Part shown: positions 50,854-63,132 of the stretch, in pieces | Position numbering within the stretch: position 1 is the first letter of the stretch | How the letters are laid out: every line of letters begins with the position of its first letter | Origin: Neoconidiobolus thromboides FSU 785 | Lineage: Eukaryota > Fungi > Entomophthoromycota | DNA length: 64,000 nucleotides | Assembly: GCA_025603075.1 (NCBI GenBank) | Contig: MU626269.1 | Location: forward strand, 62,001 to 126,000 | Direction: 5' to 3' | The notes under the pieces: model-generated | The model's database searches: none | What the model was told of the DNA's origin: nothing | What the model saw: the letters and a program-made list of their open reading frames with translations, nothing else | Position numbers and translations under genes: made by a program

Positions 50854-52909
50854 TTTGACAATTTAACTTGTAAATAAAATTATGATTATTAAATTTATCC
50901 CACAAGAATAATAACCAAAAATTTGACTTTCGATTTCACACTTTTAATAATATCTTTACTCTTTTCAATGTAAGTTTTGACTATAATTTTATTTATGTTA
51001 TTAATATGATGATTACTATTCAACTTTCTTGACTAAACCCATGGAAGGTCAAACATCAAGCTCAACAGGCTGATTATTTTATTTTAAACTATCATATTTT
51101 AAGTCATGTATATTTATTGGTTTTTTAGGTTTTCTCGTTTTGATAGATTCAACAAATAAAGCAACTCGAATATATTTGTAACTTTTCATGTTTACAATTT
51201 TCATAATTATTTGACTTTTTTTTCCACTACATATCTAATAATCAAACCCATTATTATTATTTAAAAATTGTAATAAATCTCTATTGAATTTAATGAAATA
51301 AATTTGGTTCCTAGTCTAAATTTTTTAAAATCTTTAAATGAATGGGGAGGACTTTTACGTTAAAAAAGCTTTAGGTTGTTTTATTAAAATCAAGTTTGAG
51401 AGTAACATGATAGTTTACTTGATTCAAAAAAATCATATTTTACTAAATCAAGTTTTGGGAGTAGCAGCCTGAAACCTCTCTCTAGCGTAACGTTTTTTAA
51501 AGAAAATTGAATCGGAGAGGTAAGGAATTAAAGAATAGGTGATTACAGAAATCGCAACTATGGGAAGATAGTTTGATCTAAACTACTTTTACTTTCCTCC
51601 AATTGAAATTGATCTCAAAGATGTGAACTATCTTATAAGAAACTATTTCACTTTTAATCATAACTTTAGACACTCTATTAAGCGCAATAACGAAAATCTT
51701 AATAAATTTCCATTTTAATATCCCCAGTTTACATATTTGATATCCTTATTTTAATTTTATTCCTTTATTCATCGATTATAAAGTGGGATTCAGCTTTATA
51801 TGATAACTGTAACATTATAAAAGAGCCAGCAAATTCTTTTAAATAAGTAGTTCACTGTGAATAAAATGAAAGCCAAAAAGGTTTCTAAGTTTGTTGTAAA
51901 GTTACTAGTTAAGAAAGATCTCCCTCACTTTTGAACAGGCAGAGTAAGACGCTGAGCAAAATTTTTGAAATTTTAAGTCTAATTTCTGTTTTCGCAAATG
52001 GAAAACAACTATAATGGCTATGGATAAAATTTATAAAGAGACAGTACTCATGATATTATGGAAGAAGCAAGTGATTTCAACATTTTGTACTACCTTTTAA
52101 ACTTGAGCAGCTGCAACTAAACGCTTTGAGAAGCTTCTAAAAATTCCAGATGAGTAGCTTATTTGAAATTTATCATAGCAAAAATAAAATCAAAAATCAA
52201 GTATAAAATTAGATGTTAAGAATAAACTAGCAAATATTTTTTACTTTATTTCAAATATGGTTTGAAATTCAACTGCTTTCAGTAAGTTTGAGAAGGAAGT
52301 AGCACAACTTCACTTTCTAGACAAATGACTACAAGTGATATAAAGTCGAAAACGAAACAGACAAATGAATAAAATTCGAATTTATAAAATTAGTGATATT
52401 TATTAACATCTTGAACTATACGCGTGTTGTATTAAATAAGCTTCAAACTCCTAAAAACATATTAAATGTCCAACTTCAAGAGGGACTATATAAAAGCAAA
52501 TTTAAAATACTAAATCTTAGGACAAACAGAAGTGATCTGGGTAAATAAGTCCACATGTAAATTTGATTTTTAACGAATAAATTAATGACAATTTTTCAAG
52601 TAATATTAAAAATAAATTGAAGTACTTTATGGTGTTACAAAGCAATTTATTTTGATGGATAAAAGAATAGTTAGATTGAACCATGAATACAACATGTTAA
52701 AAAACTGTATATAAACAAAATCAAAATAGCCACCAAAGAGTTGATACAAAATGTATATTAAATAAAACACAAAAAATATTAACGTTGTGAAAATTCAAAT
52801 ATAGTTTATTTTCTAAATTAATATAGATAAGAAAAATAATCGAGAGCAAAGGGCCAGACCGAAGTATAAAATAAATATAACAAATAGCGTACAAACTGTT
52901 ATCATTAAC

Positions 52910-54217
52910 TTACCATTTAAAATCTGATTTCGTTTTTTTAGCTGGTGAATCACTATGATGTTCATTGTGGTTATGATTATGACCATTTAGGCCATAATGA
53001 GGTGGATGTCCAGTACTGTAGTTTATTTCTATTTCATCACTATCTATATCAATGTCATACCAGTCTTTTGGTACATTCTGAAGCTGAACTGAAGGTGCAA
53101 TTTCAGTCCTTTTGAGAACTTCCATAACATGTTGAATAGTATTAGTAATATTTTGTTTAGTATTTAAATTGGTCATATTGTTATTTGATTTGATTTCTAA
53201 ATTAGCCTTCCATTCATCCGTTCCAATGAATGAATTTTTTGGAAGCATATCGTTTAGCTCAACTCCTAGTGCTACCCCAGTTTCTAATGTCCAAGTTCTA
53301 GCCACATTCTGAGTAGTATAACCACCGCCACCAAGCACAACTAAAGGCAATCCAAAAGATTTTGCATACTTTAGGCACTTAGAGTGCCCTTTATTCGATA
53401 AATTAAATTCGCCAAGTCTATCACCAGCAACCGAATCAGCACCCATTTGCAAAACAATTACCCCAGGATTATACCGATTTACAGCTTCAAAGACAATCTT
53501 ATTAAAGACAACTTCATAATCCTGATCATTGATCCCTCTTTTTAAAGGAACATTAATTGAGTGATCTTTTCCAGCCCCACTTCCGCTCTCCTTTGTCTCA
53601 CCAGTAGCGGGAAAAAAGTCCCCATATTGATGAAAGGAAAGAGTCATAACTCGATTGCTTTCATAAAAGAATTGCTCGACACCATCACCATGATGAACAT
53701 CAATATCAATATACAGCACACGTTGGTGATACCTTAAAAGCTCAACAATACATGCTACAATATCATTAGCAAAGCAGAAACCAGAAGCAGTAGCTTTTTT
53801 CGCATGATGCATACCACCAGCCCAATTTATGCATATATCTGCATTGCCTTCATTGATGTCTTTAGCACAAAGTAAGCTCCCACCAACTGTACTTGACATA
53901 TAATCATATACACCTTTAAACAAAGGACAGTCTTCATCCAACGTGTGGGCCCTTTTATTTTTATTATAGTTTTTAATTAGAGTAGATGGCTTAAAATTAT
54001 GAACATAGTCAATGTATTCAGGAGAGTGAATAGCTTTAAGTTGGTGCTCAGTAGCTTTATTATATAGCACAATATTTAAATAATCAAATAGGTTATACCC
54101 TTTGACGAGCTCATGAGTCATGTCCACACGTATAGGTTCCATTGGATGGCAGGGAGAAAAATAGTATGATTGTTCACCAGGTGCGTAGAAATAACTGACA
54201 TTGCTGCTCATTGTCAT
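52910..54217 (-). CDS. Divergent class I histone deacetylase (Rpd3/Hos2-like), intronless
   Basis: INWAGGMHHAKK..ASGFCFANDIV, YIDIDVHHGDGVE, GADSVAGDRLG.FNLS, GGGGYT; all catalytic and Zn-binding residues are present. Confidence 0.92.
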   Translation of the reverse strand: MTMSSNVSYFYAPGEQSYYFSPCHPMEPIRVDMTHELVKGYNLFDYLNIVLYNKATEHQLKAIHSPEYIDYVHNFKPSTLIKNYNKNKRAHTLDEDCPLFKGVYDYMSSTVGGSLLCAKDINEGNADICINWAGGMHHAKKATASGFCFANDIVACIVELLRYHQRVLYIDIDVHHGDGVEQFFYESNRVMTLSFHQYGDFFPATGETKESGSGAGKDHSINVPLKRGINDQDYEVVFNKIVFEAVNRYNPGVIVLQMGADSVAGDRLGEFNLSNKGHSKCLKYAKSFGLPLVVLGGGGYTTQNVARTWTLETGVALGVELNDMLPKNSFIGTDEWKANLEIKSNNNMTNLNTKQNITNTIQHVMEVLKRTEIAPSVQLQNVPKDWYDIDIDSDEIEINYSTGHPPHYGLNGHNHNHNEHHSDSPAKKTKSDFKW

Positions 54218-55149
54218 TTATGATTAAGTAATAAAAAAAGAATAGCTTGAATTTAAAAATCCTGGTAGCTAATTTTTATTAACTTTGGATTTTGCAGTAA
54301 GGTTAAATTTCTGAAAGGAAGGGGATTTTTGCAAAGTTCTTTAAATTGGTGTGAGTTAAAACTGTACCATTTGATTGTAAAGTTGCTGTTCTCTTAGTTT
54401 TAACCAATAAATTTTTACGTAATAATCTAAAATAATAAACCACTTTTATAGAAATATCAAATTTGTATCAAGTAGTAAATTAATTTACTATAAGGCTTAT
54501 TTATCAAAAAATCAGTATAAAAACACCAAGTTTTGGTAATGGCCACAAGGCTTTAACGTAATTACATTGATATCTATTTTGTTTAAAAATAATTGAACAT
54601 GAAAGTCACTATACATCAAAAAGTCGGCATTAAATTGAACGAGATTTTGAATCATTATTATTGCAATTAGTTTGATTTATTAAAGCTACCTCAGTTTTAA
54701 TTTACCTAATGAGTTTATAGCGTATATGTTAATCGTATTTTTATGAGTCTATAGTTTAAACATATATTATATTGAGTTTTTTATACCCTTTTTAGATTAT
54801 GCAATTTACAAAGATCAAAGTTGTTATATAATTTATTTTAAAATATAAACTTAAAGCTTTAAGTATATTATTAAACTTGTGCTAGATTTGGCTAAGACAT
54901 TCTACTCTATCCTTCTTTCCAAATACTCCTTAATATATAATCATACTATATAATTATATAAAAATAAGCAGTCCTTTATAAAAAAGTAGCTTTACTCTCA
55001 ATAGCTTAGACCCTTTACTTACTTATGCTTACTAAAATTATCAACTTCAAAAATAGCTTTACTTGGTAATTTTTCATTTTTAGCAACTTGAATTTCGTGA
55101 TTTTTACATACTGAAAAACAAATGCAATTGTGACATTTCGTTACTGTAT

Positions 55150-55241
55150 GGGGATGTGTTTTTTTGTTTAAGAATTTTACTACAATCTTTCCACTAAATA
55201 GCGCTTAAAAAATCGAAAAATAATGAAAAAAAAACAGCCCG
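55150..55241 (+). mobile_element. MITE copy 11
   Basis: ggggatgtgttttttt...aaaacagcccg; TSD GTAT/GTAT. Confidence 0.88.
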
Positions 55242-56343
55242 GTATCGTATAATTGATTAATATGAATAAACTAGTATTGTTTAAAGTGCTTTTTTATCCA
55301 GTTATTAATACATCGATACTATACATTATAATCTAAGCACATTTTGAAATGAGAATGAATTGACTTGAATTATAATAATAATAATAGTTCACAGCCTTCT
55401 AATAAATTATTTACATAGTTGTAAATAATTTAAATTTGACCTTTTTTTTAAGTATTCTAGTTTTAAAAAGCGTTTATTAGCAATATAAATTTTAATAATT
55501 TCAGATTATTTATGTATTACCCAAGTCGGCAATTTCAAAAATTGGTCCCAAAAGATTCAGGACAATTTTCTTGAAAAGATGTCTTATTATTTAAACTTTT
55601 TTCCTCTCAGTCCCTTGGGCAGATTTGCTTTTATTGTCCCCACAATGCTACTCCAATTTTTTACTATTCTAATTGTTTTAAGTGATTAACATCAACTTTT
55701 TGCCAATTAATTCTTATTGACGTTTTCTAAATAGCGGCTAAACTTTCGTTTGATTAGGCTTAAGTTTTGTCTGGGTTTGACTTAAGCATTAACTCATCAT
55801 TATCCATGGAATTAATCGAATTTATAAAGCTAAACTATAACAGCCATATCGTAAGCAAAGTTTGTTTATTAAAAAATAAGCAATGTTTGAATAGTAACTT
55901 AAGTTTGTTTATACTAGAAATGAGGTAATAAATATTTATTTTGTTCCTGACACAGCTATTAATGGAGTTCACTTCTTATCAAAACGTCAATAACAGTGAA
56001 TTTATTCTATTTATATTTAGTAAAAATGATATCTGCTTAGTTTAAGCTCATCAAGGTTACAATAAAATGATTAAGATTGGGCCAATTAAAATAGCTTAAA
56101 CAAAGGAAAATTCCCAATCAAGTTAAAGCTAATCGCCATCAAATGGAGAAAATCCATTTAATATATTTGATTGGTAGACAAATATTCAGAAAGAAATCAA
56201 CTACCAAAAATAGAAAGGAGAAAATCATTTTAAGGGAGGAGAGAATCAAGGCTTATAAATAGAGGGCTGAGTTTGCTCAAATTTTAAATTTTGTTCCTTT
56301 TCATATTAAATACTTAATTTAATTCTAAAAAACGCCTTTCAAA

Positions 56344-57022
56344 ATGTTCAGTTCACCAAAAAATTGTTGTCTTTTTATCAACCTTAGAGTGGCTACACTT
56401 ATCCTCGCATTCATTCAAACCATCTCATTTGCTTTCCAATCTTATCTCTTTTTCCAACTTGATAACCAACTTATTAATCAAGCCTTTGCATTTGGTTGTT
56501 TATTTCTATCTCTTGTTGGCTCTTATGGATTGTATGGTGTATTCACTGTAAGTACTTTCTCTGGTATACTTAAATAATATGTACTAATTTTCTGTAGAAA
56601 AATATAGCTTATGTTCGTACTTTTGCTGTTTATTATTGGTATGAGTTTATTGGATCTATGATTGGTTATGTATTCTATGCTGTTGCAGCTATTTTATATA
56701 AAGAAGATTATTGCGGTTTACTTAGCGATACTGATGACGAGTTTGTATTTTGTCATGATAACTATTTGACTGTTTACACTTTCACCTTGGTATTAATGGG
56801 TGTAATGACCCTTCTTAGAGTAAGCTAATTATATTTTAAATCGAGTTTTTTATTGATTTTTTACAGGTTCATTATTGCTTTTCTATTTGGGCTTATTTCC
56901 GTCAACTTCAAACCGAACAAGCTGCAGCTGTTGCAGCTGCTCAAGAAACTAAGGTTACTTACCCACAATATGTTTATGTAACCCTTAACGAAAAAGCTCC
57001 AACTTCTGAAGAACAAGCTTAA
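56344..57022 (+). CDS. Four-TM membrane protein (tetraspan/LAPTM-like topology), 3 exons
   Basis: CCLFINLRVATLILA, GLYGVFT|KNIAYVRTFAVYYWY, loop with two Cys, LLR|VHYCFSIWAYFRQL, tail YPQYVYVTLNEK. Confidence 0.75.
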
Positions 57023-57731
57023 ATGTTTAAGTATTTATTTAATGTTCCTCTAGATAAACTTTAAAAGATAGATATCATCGTCTATTAATTTAGTCCACCT
57101 AAAGGAATAAACATGCTCCATTTGCATATATTAAATTGATATAAATTATAAAGTCATTATTTGATAATAAAAACAATATATATAATAGTAAAATGTATCT
57201 GTTGGATGGGTATAGTTTAGAAAGATGCTAATAAAATTCTAAATGATCGTTATAATTCTATAGTTTAATACAGTTTCCGATTAAATTGAAACATTAAAAT
57301 TAAAATATTAAATCTACTGGAATATCGAATAATTTATTATTTTAAAATAATAAAATATAATTAAATTTCCTGAAATCTATGCACAAAATTAATGAGGCTT
57401 TACCAAAATAGCGAACCTCTCTTAAACCTTACCTAATTAAAAAAATTTAATAGATTTAATTAATTTATTTAATAAATCTATTCATAATAGCTATGTAAGC
57501 TATCTATTAACTATTCAAAGTCAGTGTTAAAAAAAGAATCTAATTTTCATTATAAATGGACAGGAATGTAGCATATAAAAGCAGCAGGCATATTAACATA
57601 ACAATAAATTAAAAGGAGGCTAAAATTTTTAAAAGCCCAATCAAAAAATTGAGAATAAATTATTGAAGCAAAACTCAATAACATAAAAAAAATAGAGTTC
57701 TCAATCTTTATTAAATAATCTTATTTTTATA

Positions 57732-58378
57732 ATGTCTAAACTCAATTTTAAAACTATGATATACTTTAAATTCACTAGCATTGTTTTAATATTTACCCAG
57801 CTTTCTTACTATACCTATCTTTATTTCCTTACTTTCAAAACTGATACTTCAACTTCAATAGCTTTATCTGTTTTTTATGTTATTAATTCTTCAATAATAT
57901 TTATTGGTTTAAATAGTACTATAAAGGTAGCCTTTATTGTTATTTAGATATCAAAGCTAATATTTTTAGGGAGATCACACTATACTCGGTTATTATGTCA
58001 AATACTGTCTTTATGGGCTAATCAGTTTAACAGGTTTATCATCTTATTATATAATTAACCAAGTGAAGCAAATTACTCAAGTCTGCGACTCTTATATTAA
58101 CTTTGAAAGTACCTACAATCAATGCCAGCATTTATTTATTTCTGAGAATATAGCAATTTATCAAAGAGTAGGGTTATTTTTTATTCTTAAAGTAAGTTTA
58201 TTTTTATTTTAAACCAAAAAATTTTTACTTACAGTTGAACTAGTTTTTATGTTATTTTATAACCCGTAGTTATCTTTATCAACTTCAAAAAAAGTTAATC
58301 CTTGAAAAGGCTTCTTATAATGATGCTAAAACTGTTTATCCTGTATATGTATATGTTGATATGGCTGAAAAGAATTGA
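57732..58378 (+). CDS. Diverged tandem paralog of the four-TM protein, 3 exons
   Basis: Same exon layout, two-Cys loop, YLYQLQ and tail YPVYVYVDMAEKN*. It requires the downstream TAG acceptor (58241..58243) for intron 2. Confidence 0.6.
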
Positions 58379-59368
58379 TCGAGTGCGCTTTTAATATTGA
58401 ATGAGCATCTCGTTTGTTAGTTTTGGTATAATAAATAGAAACCAATGAAATGTATTAAATAGGCTTAGTAAATGATATTTAAATAATAATAGTCTTAATA
58501 TTAGGCATATGATATATACTTATTAAATAAAATAAAAGGTAGCTTTATTTCAGACTAAGATAGCTTACATTAGAGCCTCTATAAATTCAAGTTTCAGCTT
58601 GAATTCTTTTTCTAACTATCGAACTAAGTTTTGTTCACTATACAGCTATGTTATATTATGAAATATAATATCTATAATTGATAGTGAATCTCTATTATTC
58701 AACTTTTATTTTGTATTTGTATTATTTGATCTTTTCTAGGTGCTATCATAGTCCCATTTCTGTTTTCAATAATTGATCCTTACAACGGCCTAATATTGCA
58801 ATATACTTTGTATATTGATTCAAAAATAATTTTATTATATTTGAATTCTCTTGTAATTTATTAAAATGTACATTGAACATTGTTTGTCATTTTTTTCATC
58901 CTTAACGCTAAGTTAAATCAAGATATAAAGACACAAACCACAAGTATTTTAAAAGTATTTATAAATAAATTTAGCATTTAACACAGATATTGTATCTTCA
59001 ATCTATATATCGTATCAAAACCACTAATATTTATTTTACGCATAAGCTTTTTAAAATCGAAACTCCTTTGTATATAGTAAAGCATCCTATTAGGTCTTTC
59101 TGAAATTATTGAGTCTAAACTAAATTTCATATTTAAATAAGATAAGACTAGTTTCTTTTATTGAGAATGGGAAACTGAAATTAATCCTATTAAAATTTGA
59201 AATTAATTTAATTTTACTAAAGATCCCATAACTGAACATGATAGTCCAAATTTCGAAGATTTCGTTGAAATAAAGATTAGGCTTAATCTGATAGGACGAT
59301 TTAAAATTTACAGAATCGTATTAACTTTCTAATATTCAACACCTTGTTTCTACTTATTTGAACAAAAA

Positions 59369-60510
59369 ATGATTGCTACCACTCAAGCAGCTCGTCAACT
59401 TCTTTTTACCGCCAATGTGAGCCAAGCTCGTAATATGGCTACCCTTAGAGAAAGTAAGACTTAGTGTTATTCAGTTAATGTTATTCATAAACTTATCCAA
59501 TTTTTTTTATAAAAAAAGTTCAAATTCGTTTAAAGGGTGTATCCAATATTTCTAAAATTACAAAATCCATGAAAATGATTGCTTCCACTAAACTTACCAA
59601 AGCCCAAAAAGCTATGAACTCTGCCCGTATTTATGGTCAAGCTTCATCTTGTAAGTTTATTATCTATAACTTGGACTTGAACTAATTTATTTAGCTTTTG
59701 TCGATCACGCTAACGCCAAACCAGCTGAGGAGGGTAAAACTATTGTAGTTACTGTATCTGGAGATCGTGGATTATGTGGTGGTATTCACTCTAGTGTTTC
59801 TAAAGCTACTAGAAACTATCTTGTTAATAAACCAGAATCACCAGTTTATGTACTTGGAGATAAAGCTAAAGTTCAAATTGCTAGAATTGCTAAAGATAAC
59901 ATTCGCCTTACTTTTAATCAAATTGGTAAAGCTGTACCAACTTTCGCTGAAGCTTCTGCTATCACTGACCTCATCCTTCAACAAGATACTGAGTTCGATA
60001 GAGCTGAAATCATCTATAACCAATTTAAGTCCGTTATTGCTTATGAAGCTACCGTTATTCCAGCTTTGAGCTCCAATGCTATTAAAGCTTCAGGTAAGTT
60101 TTTAATCTAATGAATTTTTTGAAATAATATTAATGAGAATTTATAGAGGGTTTCAGTGCTTATGAACTTGAAGAAGATGAAGTACTTCAAAATTTCCAAG
60201 AATTCCTTTTTGCTAACTCTGTCTATTGGGGTCTCATTGAAGGTTATGCTTCTGAAATGGCAGCCAGACGTACTTCAATGGAGAATGCTAGTAAGAACGC
60301 CAGTAAGTGATTTTTTTATTTAGTAAATAGGATAGAGAAATTAACCTGTTTTTCTAGACGATGTTATCAATAAACTTACCTTAGCTTATAATCGTGGTCG
60401 TCAAGCTGTTATTACCAATGAACTTAGTAAGTTTTTTGTTTATTTTCTAAGGTAACAATGCTAATGTTTATTTTTTAGTTGATATTATTACTGGTGCCTC
60501 AGCTCTTTAA
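59369..60510 (+). CDS. ATP3: Mitochondrial ATP synthase gamma subunit, multi-exon
   Basis: MATLRE|IQIRLKGVSNISKITKSMKMIASTKL, SGDRGLCGGIH, ASEMAARRTSMENASKNA, YNRGRQAVITNEL|VDIITGASAL. Confidence 0.96.
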
Positions 60511-61859
60511 ATCATTGGATTACTTTTATGATGAGTAATTTAGGTGTTTTAATATAAAATCTATAAGTTTTAATCTTAGATGTAATGTGTTAACTTTTTG
60601 TACTATAATTTTGTTGTTTTATTGTGTTTTCTATTTTAATATAGTAGATAGTATTTTAAAGATATTGCACATATTTACTGAGGTAGTCTACGTGAATTAA
60701 CAGTGTAATCTTTCATAGATAAACTAAGCATATAGCAATGTTTTTTAATTAAACTTTTTCGTATTAGTATAAGATATCAAATCTATTGATTTATTTAAGT
60801 TTCTTTTTTAAATCTTGAATCCAAGTGGATAAGCGATTTTATAATTTAATAGCACAATAAAAAAGAGGAGAAGAGTATTTGATGAGGTGAACAAGTTGGT
60901 TGGAATCAATCATCAACCGTTTAATGGGTTGAAGGGACCATCTTTCGAATATTGTGCCATTTGACGTGTTCTTAAATTCTTAAACTTAAAAATAAGCTAT
61001 TTGCTCTATTATACAATTGTTTACCTTGATATTATTAAAAAAAGCCCAGGATAACAACTTTACTATTTGAGAATAAACTTTAGGTATGATACAGTTTCTG
61101 ATAATAAATTGCTATTCTGTATTACATCCATTCTGTCATTTATAACAGATTTCAGGCAGATCACATTTGTTTTTTGCAGCTTAAATTTATTTTTGGTGGT
61201 CATAGCCTATGATATCATGAATTTCAGCTCAAAAAGTTCGAGCTGGAAGTCAACTATTTTTTGTGATTTCACCTTTGATCTAAACTAAATTTTAAGTCGT
61301 TTTTTACTTAAAGGAGGTGGCAGTTATTTTTTGCATCTCTCACCAAACTAACTTTTTTTGAGGGGCCATGGCCAAAGTTTCACAAGGCTTGCTAACAACT
61401 TTTAATAGGAAACAAGCTCTAGTGTTTTAACTTGATTTTATTAGCAAACTTAATATTTTAACTAAAAATAAACAATAAAGTAATAAAAATATTATAATTT
61501 GGCATAATAATTTTTATAAAATATTTAAAAAGCACTTATTATAGTGTAAATCAAGCCCATTATCAAAATTGTTTATTTTATTAATAAAGTACAATTTAAT
61601 TATTACTATTGTTATTATTTAATCTGTTGCTAAAATTTAATATAATTTATAATAACTAAGCTATCTGAATTTCAATGTTTGAAAAAAGTTAAGATTATAC
61701 AAAATAACTACAATTAATATAAAACTTTGGCATCTAGCTTACACGTTATAAGATTACAAATTTTAAAATTTCTAAAATAACTTTAAAAAAATTTAAAAAG
61801 ATAATCATTATACCTCAGTTACAAAATAGTTATTTTCATATTCCAAAAACAAAAAATGT

Positions 61860-61955
61860 AGGAATGGATTTTTGTGTTTAAGAATTCTACTAACTTTTCC
61901 GCTCAAATAGTGCTTAAAAGATGGAAAAAGTGATGAAGCTAAAAAAAACATCCCC
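61860..61955 (+). mobile_element. MITE copy 12
   Basis: aggaatggatttttgtg...aaaaaaaacatcccc; TSD ATGT/ATGT. Confidence 0.9.
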
Positions 61956-61974
61956 ATGTAAATATTTTATAAAT

Positions 61975-62070
61975 GGGCATTTTTTTTAGCTTCATCACTT
62001 TTTCTATCTTTAAGCAGTATTTGAGTGGAAAAATTGTCAGTAAAATTCTTAAACACAAAAATATATCGCC
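61975..62070 (-). mobile_element. MITE copy 13
   Basis: gggcattttttttagcttc...aaaaatatatcgcc; TSD AAAT/AAAT. Confidence 0.9.
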
Positions 62071-62103
62071 AAATCATTATTTATAAATTAAGATTAAATT
62101 TAT

Positions 62104-62200
62104 GAAGATGTGTTTTTGTGTTTAAGGATTTTAATGACAATTTTTCCATTCAAATACTGCTTAAAGATAGAAAAAGTGATGAAGCTAAAAAAACATCCCT
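62104..62200 (+). mobile_element. MITE copy 14
   Basis: gaagatgtgtttttgtg...aaaaaaacatccct; TSD TTAT/TTAT. Confidence 0.9.
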
Positions 62201-62408
62201 TTATAAAAAGCATGTTTAATAAATTTAAAGTTATATGGTATATTATTTTAATTTAATAAAATATTTTTAATATTAAAAACAATATTAAAGCTAATTTGAA
62301 TATTTAAAAAAGTATATATATTTTTTAAATATAAAAGTTTATAATGATTTTTTGTATAATAATTTTTATCAATACTTACTACACTGTATTTTGAAACCAT
62401 TAAAATCT

Positions 62409-62410
<2 letters not shown>

Positions 62411-62439
<29 letters not shown>

Positions 62440-62445
62440 TAAAAT
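62411..62445. repeat. (TAAAAA)n short tandem repeat
   Basis: taaaataaaaataaaaataaaaataaaaataaaat. Confidence 0.7.
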
Positions 62446-63132
62446 AGTGAAAATAATAAAAATATTATATTTAATTAGTCTTATCATCGCTTATAATAAT
62501 AGAATTAAATATCTACAAAAACTTCAACTAAAGTCTTGAACTTTGGTATAATTTTTTATCTAAGCTTTGAAATATCTTATCAATTATAATAAAACTAAAA
62601 AATTTATAATTAACATTGTACTGGTTTTTTTATATTATATAAGAAATCTTAAATTGCTAACATGTCAAATAGTCTCAAAATATTTTGAAAGCCTAAATTT
62701 GCCTAAACTTTGGGAATTATAACTTCATCAATAGTGATGCTATAAATCCGATATTAGCATCGCTACATAGCCCTCAATGTAAGCTAATTTAAAAAAATGC
62801 CTAATTTTATTATGTTTTAGTAAAAATAAAATGTTTCTCCGAAACCAGGGTCTCTTTTCCAGACAAATAGAGTATTTCAGAAATTGATTTCAATTTTGTT
62901 AAAATTAATAGTTTATTATAATATTATCAGATTATTTTAAAATTCATTAGTTTAAAAAATTATTATTGCTATTATTTGAATTAACTTTCTTATTAATATT
63001 ATACCCTTAAAAATTAATATTGAAAATTGCAATGGTCATTTCAAATCATAGCTTAAATTAGAATATACAAAAATTAATTTTTATTAATGATATTAGAACT
63101 GTATAAAAAAAACATAACAAACAGTAGATCTG

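Noticed and set aside
51500-52200. Long interrupted plus-strand frame
   Set aside because: The stop density is close to what AT-rich random sequence gives, and there are no recognisable motifs.
57732-58378. Calling the second four-TM paralog a pseudogene
   Set aside because: The apparent in-frame TAG is itself a usable splice acceptor that restores the frame.
61860-62200. CRISPR-like array (repeat-spacer-repeat)
   Set aside because: The repeats are ~97 bp, alternate in orientation, carry TIRs and individual TSDs, and the context is eukaryotic with no cas genes. They are MITEs.
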